A DNA stretch of 64,000 nucleotides. It comes from an uncultured Burkholderiales bacterium (GTDB lineage: Bacteria > Pseudomonadota > Gammaproteobacteria > Burkholderiales > Eutrophovitaceae). The notes under the pieces are model-generated. The model was given only the letters and a program-made list of their open reading frames with translations. It did not search any database and was not told the origin of the DNA. The DNA is taken from positions 99,121-163,120 of the forward strand of contig CAWUVH010000011.1 in assembly GCA_963925895.1 (NCBI GenBank), in the 5' to 3' direction. Each line of letters starts with the position of its first letter. Position 1 is the stretch's first letter. Below, piece after piece: positions 1 to 13,068 of this stretch. The position numbers and the translations under genes are program-made.

Positions 1-184
1 ATGGAATGTCATTTTGATGACAAAATTCTACCGTTGACCGAACCGATTTTAGACCACTTCGGTGACCCATTACTCGAGGTAAAAATCTATTTTTAGCCCA
101 CCTGCCGTTGCCATCCATAATGATGGCCACATGACTAGGTTTCGGCCCGCTATCAGGTATCTGTTGAGTCGTTGATTTTTTCAC
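1..184 (-). CDS. uppS: Undecaprenyl diphosphate synthase, N-terminal 61 codons only; the gene runs off the left edge
   Basis: Not in the ORF track. Reverse-strand reading from GTG (182-184) gives [61 protein letters not shown] is the UppS N-terminal signature, and frr-uppS order is conserved. Confidence 0.8.
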   Translation of the reverse strand, partial: MKKSTTQQIPDSGPKPSHVAIIMDGNGRWAKNRFLPRVMGHRSGLKSVRSTVEFCHQNDIP

Positions 185-189
185 TGTAC

Positions 190-753
190 CTATACATCGA
201 GCAAATCTTTTTCCTTACTCACGAGTGCCACATCAACCTCGGCGATGTACTTATCTGTGGTTTTCTGAACCTCATCTTGAGATCGACGCTCGTCATCCTC
301 CGAGATTGCTTTATCTTTCAGTAAGTTTTTAAGTTCAGTATTAGAATCGCGCCTAATATTACGAATAGCCACCTTTGCTGCTTCCGCTTCTTTTCGAACC
401 ACTTTGACTAAATCTTTTCTTCGCTCCTCAGTCAAAGCAGGCATCGGAACACGAATTTGCTCTCCAAGTGAAGCGGGGTTTAAACCGAGATCAGATTCTC
501 GAATAACCTTTTCCACAACAGCTGTCATCGTTTTTTCCCAGGGAACTACTGATAGCGTCCTAGAATCAATAGCGGTCACATTCGCGACCTGCGTCAGCGG
601 CGTCATTGATCCGTAATAATCAACCTGGATATGTTCCAAAATCGAAGGGTGCGCACGCCCCGTCCGGATCTTCTGCAGATCTAATTTCAATACGTCTAGA
701 GATTTTCCCATTCTCTCTAGCGCCTCACTCAATACAATCGAAACATCAGACAT
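190..753 (-). CDS. frr: Ribosome recycling factor
   Basis: 187 aa, collinear with E. coli Frr ([30 protein letters not shown]). Confidence 0.95.
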   Translation of the reverse strand: MSDVSIVLSEALERMGKSLDVLKLDLQKIRTGRAHPSILEHIQVDYYGSMTPLTQVANVTAIDSRTLSVVPWEKTMTAVVEKVIRESDLGLNPASLGEQIRVPMPALTEERRKDLVKVVRKEAEAAKVAIRNIRRDSNTELKNLLKDKAISEDDERRSQDEVQKTTDKYIAEVDVALVSKEKDLLDV

Positions 754-771
754 TTCGTTCCCTTTATTTCA

Positions 772-1497
772 TCAATCGTGGACGAGTGTGCCTTCTTTGC
801 CACCCATCACAGCATTCTTTAAGGCCCCCGGCTTCAAGATACTAAAAACACATAGAGGTAGCTTTTGATCGCGACACAGGGTGAGCGCCGTAGCGTCCAT
901 GACTTTCAATTTCTTCTCAATTGCCTCATCGAAATGAATATCTTCATACCTAGTAGCATTGACATTTTTCAGAGGGTCATCTGAGTACACGCCGTCTACT
1001 TTAGTGGCTTTAAATACAATATCTACATTCATTTCCATACCTCTAAGTGCCGCTGCCGTATCTGTCGTAAAAAATGGATTTCCAGTGCCAGCAGCAAATA
1101 TTACAATCTGCCCTTGCTCAAGATAGCGTATAGATTTTCCCCGCACATAAGGCTCAGCGACTTGTTCTATATTTAGCGCTGAGACGACTCGACTTTTCGT
1201 ACTAAACCTTTTGAAGGCGTCCTGCAAAGCAAGTGCATTCATCACCGTTGCCAGCATACCCATATAATCTGCAGTCGCACGATCCATACCTGACGCGGCT
1301 GGAGCGACACCACGAAAAATATTACCGCCTCCAATGACAATAGCCATTTGGACACCAAGCTTTGACACCTCGACTAATTCAGAAACGATACGGTCTATAG
1401 TGATGCGATTAACTCCGTACGAATCCTCGCCCATAAGGGCTTCTCCAGAGAGTTTAACCAGAATTCGCTTAAACTTAAGATCCTTAGAGATTTTCAT
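772..1497 (-). CDS. pyrH: UMP kinase
   Basis: 241 aa; [12 protein letters not shown] and GGGNIFRG motifs; position between tsf and frr. Confidence 0.95.
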   Translation of the reverse strand: MKISKDLKFKRILVKLSGEALMGEDSYGVNRITIDRIVSELVEVSKLGVQMAIVIGGGNIFRGVAPAASGMDRATADYMGMLATVMNALALQDAFKRFSTKSRVVSALNIEQVAEPYVRGKSIRYLEQGQIVIFAAGTGNPFFTTDTAAALRGMEMNVDIVFKATKVDGVYSDDPLKNVNATRYEDIHFDEAIEKKLKVMDATALTLCRDQKLPLCVFSILKPGALKNAVMGGKEGTLVHD

Positions 1498-1505
1498 CGC
1501 ACTGG

Positions 1506-2390
1506 TTAAGACTTATTCGCCATCTGAGCAGCCACCTCAGCCGCAAAGTCATCAACCTTTTTCTCAATACCCTCACCCACGACAAATAAAGCGAATGAAT
1601 CAACGCTCGATTGGGTCTCATTGAGTAATTTTTCGACTGACTTCTTATCGTCCTTCACAAAGACTTGTCCATAAAGGGTAACTTCTGACAAATACTTTTG
1701 AACGCTTCCCTCGACAATTTTCTCGACAATGTTCTCAGGCTTTCCAGACTCAATTGCTCTTGCCTTCGCGATTTCACGTTCTCTATCCAACACATTAGCG
1801 TCTATATCTTTAGACGAGAGTGCAACCGGCTTTACTGCAGCTATGTGCATCGCTAAATCCTTACCAAGTTCCGGGGAACCATTAACGACATCAACCAGTG
1901 CACCAATTCTGTTCCCATGCAAATAAAACGCGAGCGATCCTTTAGCATCGAACTTTCTCGCTCTCCTGAGAGAAATATTTTCACCCAACTTCATAATCAA
2001 AGACTGCCTCACCTCTTCAATGGTTTCACCTTGAGGAAGCTTCTGATTAGAGATGGCAGCAATGTCGGTTTCATTAGTTAAGTTCACGACTTCGGCCACA
2101 TTGTTGATGAACTTAAGAAAACTTTCATCTTTGCCTACAAAGTCAGTCTCACAATTCACCTCGACTATCGCACCTTGCTTTGCGTCAGCACTAATAGATA
2201 TCGCAATGGCGCCCTCAGCCGCAATTCGACCAGACACCTTGTTAGCTTTAGAGCCACCTTTGATGCGCATTAAATCTTCGGCCTTAACTAGGTCGCCCTC
2301 TGTCTCTGTGAGTGCTTTTTTACACTCCATCATCCCCAGACCAGTTCTTTCTCTAAGTTCTTTTACTAAACTCGCAGTAATCTGCGTCAT
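1506..2390 (-). CDS. tsf: Elongation factor Ts
   Basis: 294 aa; N-terminal [27 protein letters not shown]-like motif; lies downstream of rpsB. Confidence 0.95.
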   Translation of the reverse strand: MTQITASLVKELRERTGLGMMECKKALTETEGDLVKAEDLMRIKGGSKANKVSGRIAAEGAIAISISADAKQGAIVEVNCETDFVGKDESFLKFINNVAEVVNLTNETDIAAISNQKLPQGETIEEVRQSLIMKLGENISLRRARKFDAKGSLAFYLHGNRIGALVDVVNGSPELGKDLAMHIAAVKPVALSSKDIDANVLDREREIAKARAIESGKPENIVEKIVEGSVQKYLSEVTLYGQVFVKDDKKSVEKLLNETQSSVDSFALFVVGEGIEKKVDDFAAEVAAQMANKS

Positions 2391-2471
2391 CGTGTTAGCT
2401 CCCTCATACGTTATTCATTCGTTCAACCACAAAATCTTGTTAGTTCACAGTTATATCGACTGAACTCACTG

Positions 2472-2505
2472 AAAAAAGATAAAAATATGGGGGCTGATGC
2501 CCCCA
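2472..2505 (-). terminator. Intrinsic terminator or attenuator between rpsB and tsf
   Basis: Minus-strand sense reads GGGGGC-ATCA-GCCCCC (2489-2504) followed by ATATTTTTATCTTTTTT. It starts 21 nt after the rpsB stop. Confidence 0.6.
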
Positions 2506-2525
2506 GTATTGCCCCTTAGAGAACG

Positions 2526-3272
2526 TTAGCTCTCCTGCTTGGGCTCAACACCCTCAGCCTCAACACCTTGCTCAGCAGCTATCTCAGCCAAAGATTGTTC
2601 ACGACCTGCCAATATCGCGTCGGCAATACCCCTTGCGTACAATTGGATCGCTTTGTTTGCGTCATCGTTACCAGGAATAACGTAATCAATACCCACAGGC
2701 GAGTGATTTGTATCCACAACACCGATAATTGGTATACCAAGCTTGGTTGCTTCCTCAACTGCGATTTTTTGATAGCCAACATCTACGATAAACAAAGCAT
2801 CCGGTAAAGACGGCATATCCTTAATACCACCCAGGCTTTTGTCTAACTTTTCGATTTCACGTTGATAGAACAAACTTTCTTTCTTAGACATGCGCTCATC
2901 AGCTCCGTCTGCCATTAAGGCTTCCATGTCTTTTAAACGCTTCGTGGACTGCTTCACCGTTTTATAGTTAGTCAACATACCACCCAACCAGCGGTGATTT
3001 ACAAAAGGAGCTCCCGCTCGAAGCGCTTCTTCTTTAATGATATCTCGCGCTTGACGTTTCGTTCCAACAAAAAGAATTTTTCCCTTATTTGCCGATAATT
3101 GCTGCGCGTAATTAGACGCTTCGCGGAACATCGCTAAGGTTTTCTCTAAATTGACGATATGAATTTTGTTTCTATGGCCGAAGATAAATGGGGCCATTTT
3201 CGGGTTCCAAAATTTGGTTTGATGACCAAAGTGAACTCCCGCGTCTAACATTTCACGCATTGTGACTGACAT
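2526..3272 (-). CDS. rpsB: 30S ribosomal protein S2
   Basis: 248 aa; [26 protein letters not shown] closely matches the E. coli S2 N-terminus. Confidence 0.97.
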   Translation of the reverse strand: MSVTMREMLDAGVHFGHQTKFWNPKMAPFIFGHRNKIHIVNLEKTLAMFREASNYAQQLSANKGKILFVGTKRQARDIIKEEALRAGAPFVNHRWLGGMLTNYKTVKQSTKRLKDMEALMADGADERMSKKESLFYQREIEKLDKSLGGIKDMPSLPDALFIVDVGYQKIAVEEATKLGIPIIGVVDTNHSPVGIDYVIPGNDDANKAIQLYARGIADAILAGREQSLAEIAAEQGVEAEGVEPKQES

Positions 3273-3453
3273 TTCTACTCCTGTTTGGGTTATGCCTCCA
3301 TTCGACGGAACTCATTAACTGAGCACCCGAACAAATCGAATGTGCGAATTTCATCCATAGCCTTACAGGCCATTTCTGATAGTGAGAATTATATATTAAA
3401 ATTCTCAGAAAATCACGAATATAGGCTCTTTTAGCCCTATCACCCGCTTAAAA

Positions 3454-4194
3454 TCAAGACTTCAGTCTCGTGGCCTCATATAAACATATACCTACCGATA
3501 CCGCGACATTAAGACTCTCAATAACTTCCGTTATGGGAATAGAAACCAAATGATCACACGTTTCCTTGGTAAGCCTTCTAGCTCCAGACCCCTCCGCGCC
3601 AAAAACGAGAACAGTTCGGCTTGTAAAGCTGAAGTCCCTAATCGACTCCTCAGCCTCGCCATCGGTACCCACAATCCAAAAATCCGCTTCCTTAAGTAAA
3701 CGCAAGGACCTAGCCAAGTTCGTCACACTGATTAGAGGGATTATCCCCGCCGCACCACTGGCTACCTTTTCGACAACATCTGTAATTCCAACCGAACGAT
3801 CTTTTGGCACAATGATCGCAGCCGCCCCAAAAGCACATGCTGAACGCATGATCGCACCCAAATTCCTAGGGTCGGTAACCCCATCAAGAACCACGAAAAG
3901 TTGAGCGTCAGATGGTCCGGCAATTAAATCCTCAAGGCTCACGACAGTTTGATCAACAGTAACCGAAGCCACAACTCCCTGGTGCGACACACCAGGCAAC
4001 ATGTTATTTAGACGCTCCACATCACAGCGTAACGTTTTAACATTTGCCTCATTTAGCCTCTCCTCTAACTTACGAATCCGGGCATCCCTTCTCTTGCGAT
4101 CAATAAAGACTTCACTGATTGTCGCAGGACTATGCCTCAACCTCGCAAACACCGCATGAAAACCAAAAATACGAGAATCTCCCTTAACGGACAT
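3454..4194 (-). CDS. rlmB: 23S rRNA (guanosine-2'-O)-methyltransferase RlmB (SpoU/TrmH family)
   Basis: Collinear with E. coli RlmB (GFHAV, VLDGVTDPRNLGA, IPL..VTNLAR, SLNV.V..GI). I prefer the ATG at 4194 (MSVKGDS), which overlaps the rnr end by 11 nt. The ORF track starts at a GTG at 4221. Confidence 0.85.
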   Translation of the reverse strand: MSVKGDSRIFGFHAVFARLRHSPATISEVFIDRKRRDARIRKLEERLNEANVKTLRCDVERLNNMLPGVSHQGVVASVTVDQTVVSLEDLIAGPSDAQLFVVLDGVTDPRNLGAIMRSACAFGAAAIIVPKDRSVGITDVVEKVASGAAGIIPLISVTNLARSLRLLKEADFWIVGTDGEAEESIRDFSFTSRTVLVFGAEGSGARRLTKETCDHLVSIPITEVIESLNVAVSVGICLYEATRLKS

Positions 4195-6421
4195 GACGTC
4201 TACCCTTTTTTTGATGAGCACGCTTCAAAGTCACGCGCCCGGTCTCAACATTAGCCTCACTGATATAAACCGGGACACTATCACCAAGTCGATAGGTCGC
4301 CCCTGTCTCACTGCCTGTAAATGATACGGATCCGTCATCTAAGTTAAAAAATTCGTTGCCCAACTCTGAAACGTGCAGCAACCCCTCGAGACAAAGATCA
4401 TCCAAGAAAATGAAACAACCAAATGAAGCGACGCTGACTACACGACCAGCGTATTCTTCTCCGATACACCTACCAGCGACAGTTGCATTTAACCAGCCGT
4501 GTGTCCAGCGAACAGCCTCCTCTACCTTGCGTTCGTTCGAAGAACAATGCTCCCCTAATTTCTCTATATCAGTAACCCTCTCATGAGGATGCCCCAATTG
4601 AGTTTTAATCGCACGATGCACCATTAAATCTGGATATCTTCTAATCGGAGAGGTGAAATGAGCATAGCTTTGATAGGCTAAACCAAAATGACCTGTAGGC
4701 GTCGGCGTATAGCGCGCCTGGTTCATCGTTCGCAACACCGCATTTTGAATTGACTCTCCCGCCGGATGATCACGGCTTGCTTCCAAAATTGCCAAAAAGT
4801 CAGATGGTGTAGGGCGGGCCGCAATTTTTAGCTCGAAATCAAGGCTAATTAAAAACTCCGCTAATTTAGCTATTTTGGCTGAATCTGGTTCGGGATGAGC
4901 TCTATATAAAAAAGGCTCTTTATTAGCTTTGAGAAACTCAGCAGCTGCGACATTGGCGCAAAGCATGGCTTCTTCAATCATCTTGCTGGAAAAAAACCGC
5001 TCTTGTGTCTGTATCGCTGACACTTGACCTGAGTCATCAAACACAAACCCCGATTCGCGAGCATTAATTTCAAGCGCGCCTCTACCATGTCTATTTTTAA
5101 GAAGAGCCTGCGTGAGTACTTTGAGATTAATCAAGCTATCAAAAGTGCCTGACGGCAAGTGAGCTTCAGTCCCAGATTGAGCCTCATCCAATAGCACATC
5201 AACCTCTCTATAAGTCAGTCTTTTTTTCGAGTGGATGACCCCGAGTAGAAACTGAGACTCGACCACTCTTGCCTCGTTATCAAGCTCAATCTTAACTGCA
5301 ACAACCAGCCGGTCTTGATCCGGCTTGAGAGAACAAATCCCAGAAGATAATTCTTCCGGGAGCATGGGGCAAACCAATCTTGGAAAATAAACACTCGTGC
5401 TTCGTTTGCTGGCATCCTGATCAATCAAACTTCGTTGCTTGACATAGTGAGAAACATCCGCGATCGCCACATACAAGAGGTAACCCTCATCACGACGTTC
5501 CACATAAACCGCATCGTCAAAGTCTTTGGCATCTGGGCCATCAATCGTAACAAATGGAAGGCCCCTTAAATCAACCCGACTGGATAGACTTGCTTCATCA
5601 ACCATTTCTGGAATAGCAGCGACTTCAGGGTCGAGCGATTCGTCCCGATGACCTGGAATACCGAATTTATGCAACGATATCGAGACTTCAATACCCGGAT
5701 CATTTATATTTCCTAGACTCTGAATCATGGTCGCCGACCAGGCTTCAGATTGCACATCAAAATGCCCTAATTCGGCCACGATCACGTCACCAAGAAAAGC
5801 TGTGAGTAACACTTCTTCGGCCAGATGAACCTGATCTTTTATTTCGTCGGCCAGCACACGTGTTACCAGTTTGGTTTTACGTTCCTCAACAATTAATATG
5901 ATGCGGCGCGACCCTTGTTGCGTCAGTACTAAAGGAACCGCAAAAGGTGCACGATCAGGACTAGAGTTCGGTATTCTTAGCACAACCATTCGGTCGCCAT
6001 TCAATATGCCACGAGCGTCAGATGACCTGATATACCAATCCCCCTCGCCATCGTGCACAAAAAACCCAAAGCCATCTCGATGTAACTCAACCGAACCTGA
6101 AGCCACATGAAACAAAGGTCCTTCTAGAACCTCAGCATCACTTCCAATCACTAGAAATTTATTGCGTTCTAATTCGTTAAGTTTTTGCTGAACACTCGAT
6201 TTCTTGTACCCGGCTGATCGGCATTGCTCATAAATGTCAGAGACCGACACACCACTCTCAGCAGGGTCCACCAGCGCACATAAAATTTGTCGCTGTAGGG
6301 GGTCTGGGAAGAACTCTTCGTTGCGGGATCGCTTCCGCGAGAAGTCCCGACCACTTTTCTTCACTTTTCTAGAACTACTCTGAGCAGCAGTCGTTAGACT
6401 TGCTCGTTTTCTTTTTACCAA
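4184..6421 (-). CDS. rnr: Ribonuclease R (RNB family 3'-5' exoribonuclease)
   Basis: 745 aa; RNB core (FVTIDG.DAKDFDDAVY, HFGL....YAHFTSPIRRYPDL), C-terminal S1 domain and a basic tail. TTG start with GAGGT 7 nt upstream. rnr-rlmB order as in E. coli. Confidence 0.9.
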   Translation of the reverse strand: MVKRKRASLTTAAQSSSRKVKKSGRDFSRKRSRNEEFFPDPLQRQILCALVDPAESGVSVSDIYEQCRSAGYKKSSVQQKLNELERNKFLVIGSDAEVLEGPLFHVASGSVELHRDGFGFFVHDGEGDWYIRSSDARGILNGDRMVVLRIPNSSPDRAPFAVPLVLTQQGSRRIILIVEERKTKLVTRVLADEIKDQVHLAEEVLLTAFLGDVIVAELGHFDVQSEAWSATMIQSLGNINDPGIEVSISLHKFGIPGHRDESLDPEVAAIPEMVDEASLSSRVDLRGLPFVTIDGPDAKDFDDAVYVERRDEGYLLYVAIADVSHYVKQRSLIDQDASKRSTSVYFPRLVCPMLPEELSSGICSLKPDQDRLVVAVKIELDNEARVVESQFLLGVIHSKKRLTYREVDVLLDEAQSGTEAHLPSGTFDSLINLKVLTQALLKNRHGRGALEINARESGFVFDDSGQVSAIQTQERFFSSKMIEEAMLCANVAAAEFLKANKEPFLYRAHPEPDSAKIAKLAEFLISLDFELKIAARPTPSDFLAILEASRDHPAGESIQNAVLRTMNQARYTPTPTGHFGLAYQSYAHFTSPIRRYPDLMVHRAIKTQLGHPHERVTDIEKLGEHCSSNERKVEEAVRWTHGWLNATVAGRCIGEEYAGRVVSVASFGCFIFLDDLCLEGLLHVSELGNEFFNLDDGSVSFTGSETGATYRLGDSVPVYISEANVETGRVTLKRAHQKKGRRHVR

Positions 6422-6448
6422 AGTTTTACCTCGGAATGATTAAATAAA

Positions 6449-6477
6449 TTGACAGGCTAATGACAGCTAGCTAGAGT
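6449..6477 (+). promoter_or_regulatory. Sigma70-type promoter for tRNA-Leu
   Basis: TTGACA (6449-6454), 17-nt spacer, TAGAGT (6472-6477). The tRNA 5' end lies 12 nt downstream. Confidence 0.5.
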
Positions 6478-6488
6478 CACGCCTCGTA

Positions 6489-6575
6489 GCCCGGATGGCG
6501 GAATTGGTAGACGCGTCAGGTTCAGGTCCTGGTAGTGGCAACACTGTGGAGGTTCGAGTCCTCTTTCGGGCACCA
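6489..6575 (+). tRNA. tRNA-Leu, anticodon CAG, class II with long variable arm, encoded CCA
   Basis: Hand-folded. Acceptor GCCCGGA/TTCGGGC (one G-U); anticodon stem TCAGG/CCTGG with loop TT-CAG-GT; variable arm AGTG/CACT; T arm GGAGG-TTCGAGT-CCTCT; ends ACCA. Confidence 0.9.
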
Positions 6576-6612
6576 AAAGGTGCAGCTGTCGTTGACGGAT
6601 ATCAACTATCCT

Positions 6613-9125
<2,513 letters not shown>

Positions 9126-9170
9126 GACTTTTGCCTATTTAATTCTATCTTGAGGTCTCACACAGCTTCA

Positions 9171-9368
9171 TTAACACAAAAAAAGAAGCACTACTAAACC
9201 AACGAGCATAGACGAGAGACCAAAAAAACGAATTTGCCCGTCCGACATTCTAACCAATCTTTCAAACGTATCCCGCCATACTGTCGGAGACAAGAACGGG
9301 AGCATACCTTCTATTATGAGCACCAAAGCAATTGCGGTCGTAATGTCAGCAGCGTCCAAACTCATCAA
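9171..9368 (-). CDS. Small two-helix membrane protein, DUF2065 (YjeT-like)
   Basis: 65 aa with two hydrophobic segments. It occupies the same slot as E. coli yjeT, between hflC and purA. Confidence 0.6.
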   Translation of the reverse strand: MMSLDAADITTAIALVLIIEGMLPFLSPTVWRDTFERLVRMSDGQIRFFGLSSMLVGLVVLLFLC

Positions 9369-9419
9369 ACTCTATTTTTACCACCGCCGCTGACAGCATT
9401 AACACGTCATACGACTAAT

Positions 9420-10277
9420 TTATCTCATATGCTTGAAGAATGGAGAATCCGGCTCAACAATTAACACGTCGCTCTTATTATTAAAGGTTTCTCTGTACGC
9501 ACCCATACTCTTATAGAAAGAGTAAAACTCTGGATCTTTTTTAAATGCAGTTGCATAAATAGAGGCGGCCGTAGCATCTCCCTCACCTTTAATTCTCTGA
9601 GCATCACGATATGCCTCCGCAATGATAATCTCTCTCTCTCGGTCAGCATCAGCTCGTATCTTTTCAGAATCCGCAAAGCCAGTCGACCTCAATTCATTCG
9701 CAACTCTTTTTCGTTCCGCTTCCATCCTGCGATAAACGGCGTCACTAATTTCCGTCGTCAAATCGACACGTTTCAAACGAACATCAAGCACTTCAACACC
9801 AATCTTCCGCGCATCAATGTCTACCTTCTCCCTCATGAGCTCCATAATTTCATCACGCTCACCAGAGATCACTTGATAAACAGTTCTTTTGCCGAACTCT
9901 GCCCTCAAGCTGTCATTAACCGTCTTATTCAAGCGATCTCGAGCGCGACGTTCATCACCACCCACACTAATGTAATACTGCTTTACATCAGATATTCTCC
10001 ACTTAATAAACGAATCAACCAATACGTTCTTCTTCTCAGATGTCAAGAACCGCTCAGGCTCATCCGTGTCAACTGTGTGAGTTCTGGCATCAAAGAGCCT
10101 GACATTCTCAACGAGAGGCAATTTCCAATAAAGTCCTGGCTCCGTCTTAATGCTGGTAATTTCACCAAGCCTAAAGATCATTGCCTTTTGCCGCTGATCT
10201 ACAGTAAAAAGTGACATGCTCGCCAACAACAACAAAAGACCAATACTAACTACTGGTACGGTGAATGAAGCTCTCAT
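9420..10277 (-). CDS. hflC: Protease modulator HflC (SPFH/band-7)
   Basis: 285 aa; N-terminal TM helix plus SPFH domain; 4-nt overlap with hflK. Confidence 0.9.
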   Translation of the reverse strand: MRASFTVPVVSIGLLLLLASMSLFTVDQRQKAMIFRLGEITSIKTEPGLYWKLPLVENVRLFDARTHTVDTDEPERFLTSEKKNVLVDSFIKWRISDVKQYYISVGGDERRARDRLNKTVNDSLRAEFGKRTVYQVISGERDEIMELMREKVDIDARKIGVEVLDVRLKRVDLTTEISDAVYRRMEAERKRVANELRSTGFADSEKIRADADREREIIIAEAYRDAQRIKGEGDATAASIYATAFKKDPEFYSFYKSMGAYRETFNNKSDVLIVEPDSPFFKHMR

Positions 10278-11467
10278 CTTGCCTCCCTATCGCGAACACG
10301 AAATGCGTTTCTAGTCCTACTTTCTTCATCATTCCCACCAATTCCCGAATCAATGTCGCTGACTTGATCCATCCCGGTATCAAAACTGCTGGAGTTTCGC
10401 GAAGATCCGGAACCAATTAATTTGTCTAGCGGGAGGAACAACAGGTTGCTGTTATCCTTCTGATCGATATACACCTTTGTTGCGTTCGTAAATATCGATT
10501 GCATGGTATCAAGATAGATACGCTCTCGAGTAACTGTTGGTGCCTTATTATACTCGGCCAAAACGCTCTCGAATCGAGCTGCCTCACCCTCTGCCGCAGC
10601 TACAACACGACCTCTATAAGCTTCAGCCTCTTGTGCAAGTCGTGCGGCCGCGCCCTGTGCTTTAGGCACAATATCGTTGTAGTAAGCTTGCCCTTCGTTC
10701 TTTTGCCTCTCTTGGTCTTGCTTGGCTTTCACCGCATCATCGAATGAAGCCTGCACTTGATCGGGTGGCTGAGCATTCTGAATAGTGACCTGACTCACAG
10801 TAATCCCAGTTTGGTAACGGTCAAGAACCAATTGCATCAAATCACGAGCGTCAACGGCTAACTCTTCACGACCTTCCTGAAGCACAAAATCCATTTTGCT
10901 TTTACCCACGATCTCTCTAATCGCAGATTCGCCCGCCTGCTTGACGGCCTGATCTGGATTGCGATTAAAGAAGAGATAATCCTCGGGATTAGTACGCACA
11001 TATTGAACAGCAAACTGGAGATCAACAATATTCTCATCATCCGTCAACATGAGTGCTTCATTTGGCACCTTATTTCGAGCACTGTTTCGATATCCGACCT
11101 CAATGGTTCTCACCTCTGAGACGTTAACAATTTCTTTACTGCCAACTGGCCATGGAATATGCCAATGCGGTCCAGGTTGCGTCGTTTCTAAATGTTTACC
11201 AAATCGAAAAACAACTCCTCGCTCACTCGCGTCTACAATGTAAATACCACTGGCTGCCCATATGAGCAACGCGATAATAATCACTATACCGCCGCCAATT
11301 TGCGACAGCGGACCAGGCGACTCATTACCACCCGAGCCATTACCACCTGAGCCATTACCCTTTTGACCGAAAGAACCAAAACGTTTATTGAACCGACGCC
11401 AGAGTTCTTCTAAATCGGGGGGGCCATCATTATTATTTTGTCCCCATCTTGGGTCATTCATTGCCAT
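10274..11467 (-). CDS. hflK: Protease modulator HflK (SPFH/band-7)
   Basis: 397 aa; Gly-rich N-terminus, TM helix, SPFH domain and a coiled-coil Ala-rich region. Confidence 0.9.
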   Translation of the reverse strand: MAMNDPRWGQNNNDGPPDLEELWRRFNKRFGSFGQKGNGSGGNGSGGNESPGPLSQIGGGIVIIIALLIWAASGIYIVDASERGVVFRFGKHLETTQPGPHWHIPWPVGSKEIVNVSEVRTIEVGYRNSARNKVPNEALMLTDDENIVDLQFAVQYVRTNPEDYLFFNRNPDQAVKQAGESAIREIVGKSKMDFVLQEGREELAVDARDLMQLVLDRYQTGITVSQVTIQNAQPPDQVQASFDDAVKAKQDQERQKNEGQAYYNDIVPKAQGAAARLAQEAEAYRGRVVAAAEGEAARFESVLAEYNKAPTVTRERIYLDTMQSIFTNATKVYIDQKDNSNLLFLPLDKLIGSGSSRNSSSFDTGMDQVSDIDSGIGGNDEESRTRNAFRVRDREAR

Positions 11468-11515
11468 AAGCTTAAATTCCAGTAGATGTATGTAAGAAAT
11501 ATATTGAGAAATTAA

Positions 11516-12628
11516 TTAATCAACGACAGAGGGCGTCTTTTCAACGATGTTATTTGGCTGCAAACAGAGCAAAAGTTCAGGGAAAACATCTCGGAAGCTC
11601 GCGGCGCCCTCGCCAGTTATTGCACTTAACCTTACTTGGTTAATGTTACCACATGGAGACCTATCAATTCCTGACTTTAGGTCGGTAAGATCTATTTTAT
11701 TAAAAATCGTAATCTGTGGCACATTATCTGCCCCGATTTCCTTTAAGACTGCTTGAACTTGTTCCATTTCAAATTCTCTCGATTGACTCGAGGCATCAAC
11801 TACGTGAAACAAAAAATCCGAGTCAGCGGTTTCCTCTAGCGTGGCCTTAAATGCCTCTACTAGAGAATGCGGCAGATCTCTAACAAAACCGACGGTATCT
11901 GACAATACAAACTCAGTTTGATTCACATATGCAAGCTTACGAGTTGTCGTATCCAAAGTCGCGAATAATTTATCTGCGGAGAAGGCTTTTGCTTTAGTGA
12001 GTCTATTAAACAAGCTAGACTTACCCGCATTGGTATAACCAACCAATGAAATTTTAATCACGCCCCTTCTGTTTCTACTGCTGCGTCGCGTTTTCCTTTG
12101 CCTTTGAATGACTTCCAACTTGCTTTTTAAGGATTTAACACGAAAACCCAACAATCGACGATCGGTTTCTAGCTGAGTCTCGCCCGGACCTCGAAGTCCA
12201 ATCCCTCCTTTTTGCCGCTCCAAGTGCGTCCAACCCCGAACTAACCGAGTTGCCAGATGCGACAGCTGAGCCAATTCAACTTGAACTTTCCCTTCATGCG
12301 TTTTAGCACGTTGCGCGAAAATGTCGAGTATCAAGCTTGTTCGGTCCAGAGTTCTGCATTTAACAATACGCTCAATATTTCTTTGCTGAACCGGCGAGAT
12401 TGCATGGTTGAATACCACCAAATCAGCTTCAGTCTCCGTTACAATCTGAGCGAGCTCCTCGATTTTACCTTTACCGGCATACATCGCGGCGTCTGGACGA
12501 TCTCTTTTCCCCGAGAGGATGTGAACGACCTTTGCTCCAGCACTTGTAACTAACCGACTGATCTCTTCGACCGACTCTTCAAACGACGGATCTCTAAAAT
12601 CAATACATACGATTATCGCTTTATCCAC
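11516..12628 (-). CDS. hflX: GTPase HflX
   Basis: 370 aa; G1 motif GYTNAGKSSLFNRLT, G3 DTVGF, G4 NKID; lies downstream of hfq. Confidence 0.9.
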   Translation of the reverse strand: MDKAIIVCIDFRDPSFEESVEEISRLVTSAGAKVVHILSGKRDRPDAAMYAGKGKIEELAQIVTETEADLVVFNHAISPVQQRNIERIVKCRTLDRTSLILDIFAQRAKTHEGKVQVELAQLSHLATRLVRGWTHLERQKGGIGLRGPGETQLETDRRLLGFRVKSLKSKLEVIQRQRKTRRSSRNRRGVIKISLVGYTNAGKSSLFNRLTKAKAFSADKLFATLDTTTRKLAYVNQTEFVLSDTVGFVRDLPHSLVEAFKATLEETADSDFLFHVVDASSQSREFEMEQVQAVLKEIGADNVPQITIFNKIDLTDLKSGIDRSPCGNINQVRLSAITGEGAASFRDVFPELLLCLQPNNIVEKTPSVVD

Positions 12629-12728
12629 GAATCATGATCATCATTTGACTGAATTTTTAAAACGATTTGAATACTTACATGGCACCTCTGCATCAGCAAA
12701 GCACACTCGCCACCCACAGAGAATAAAC

Positions 12729-12962
12729 TTAATCCGGCTCATCCGCTGACAAGGTCACCTGTTTAGATGGAACAATCGTCGACACAGCGTGCTTGTACAC
12801 CATCTGAGTAATGGTGTTTTTGAGAAGTATCACGTACTGATCAAATGAATCCACGTACCCCTGGAGCTTAATCCCATTTACGAGATAAATTGCAACCTGT
12901 ACTCGCTCTTTTCGTAACGCATTTAAAAATGGGTCTTGTAACATTTGCCCCTTCGTCGACAT
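12729..12962 (-). CDS. hfq: RNA chaperone Hfq
   Basis: 77 aa; [26 protein letters not shown]...[24 protein letters not shown] is near-identical to the E. coli Sm core. Confidence 0.97.
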   Translation of the reverse strand: MSTKGQMLQDPFLNALRKERVQVAIYLVNGIKLQGYVDSFDQYVILLKNTITQMVYKHAVSTIVPSKQVTLSADEPD

Positions 12963-13068
12963 TGTGACTCCTAACGTTTACTTATAACGTGTTGTATGAC
13001 AAGGCAGGATATAGATTGTTCCTGTTAATGAAACAAATTGTACTCCAACACATGACAGAACAATTAAG

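Noticed and set aside
2053-2463. Long antisense or alternative-frame ORFs in the track. Examples: 2053-2463 opposite tsf, 16806-17177 opposite hisS, 35030-35422 and 35705-36055 opposite the permease and dehydrogenase, 45522-45899 opposite sufU, and 19499-19861, 28533-28856 and 28917-29240 in other frames of rlmN and the molybdoenzyme.
   Set aside because: Each lies wholly inside a strongly supported conserved gene. Their translations are low-complexity (Ser/Pro/Arg/Leu-rich) and recall no known family. They are typical shadow ORFs.
3273-3453. Possibility that the 181-nt gap encodes 6S RNA or another housekeeping sRNA, since the size is about right.
   Set aside because: The ends do not pair into the long closed helix with a central bubble expected for 6S. 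The genomic context (upstream of rpsB) does not match ssrS loci. A leader or promoter is the simpler reading.
6576-6612. A hairpin GTTGA-CGGATA-TCAAC (6591-6606) between tRNA-Leu and the purA stop, considered as a bidirectional terminator.
   Set aside because: The stem is only 5 bp and AT-rich, and there is no U-tract on either strand. This is too weak to call.
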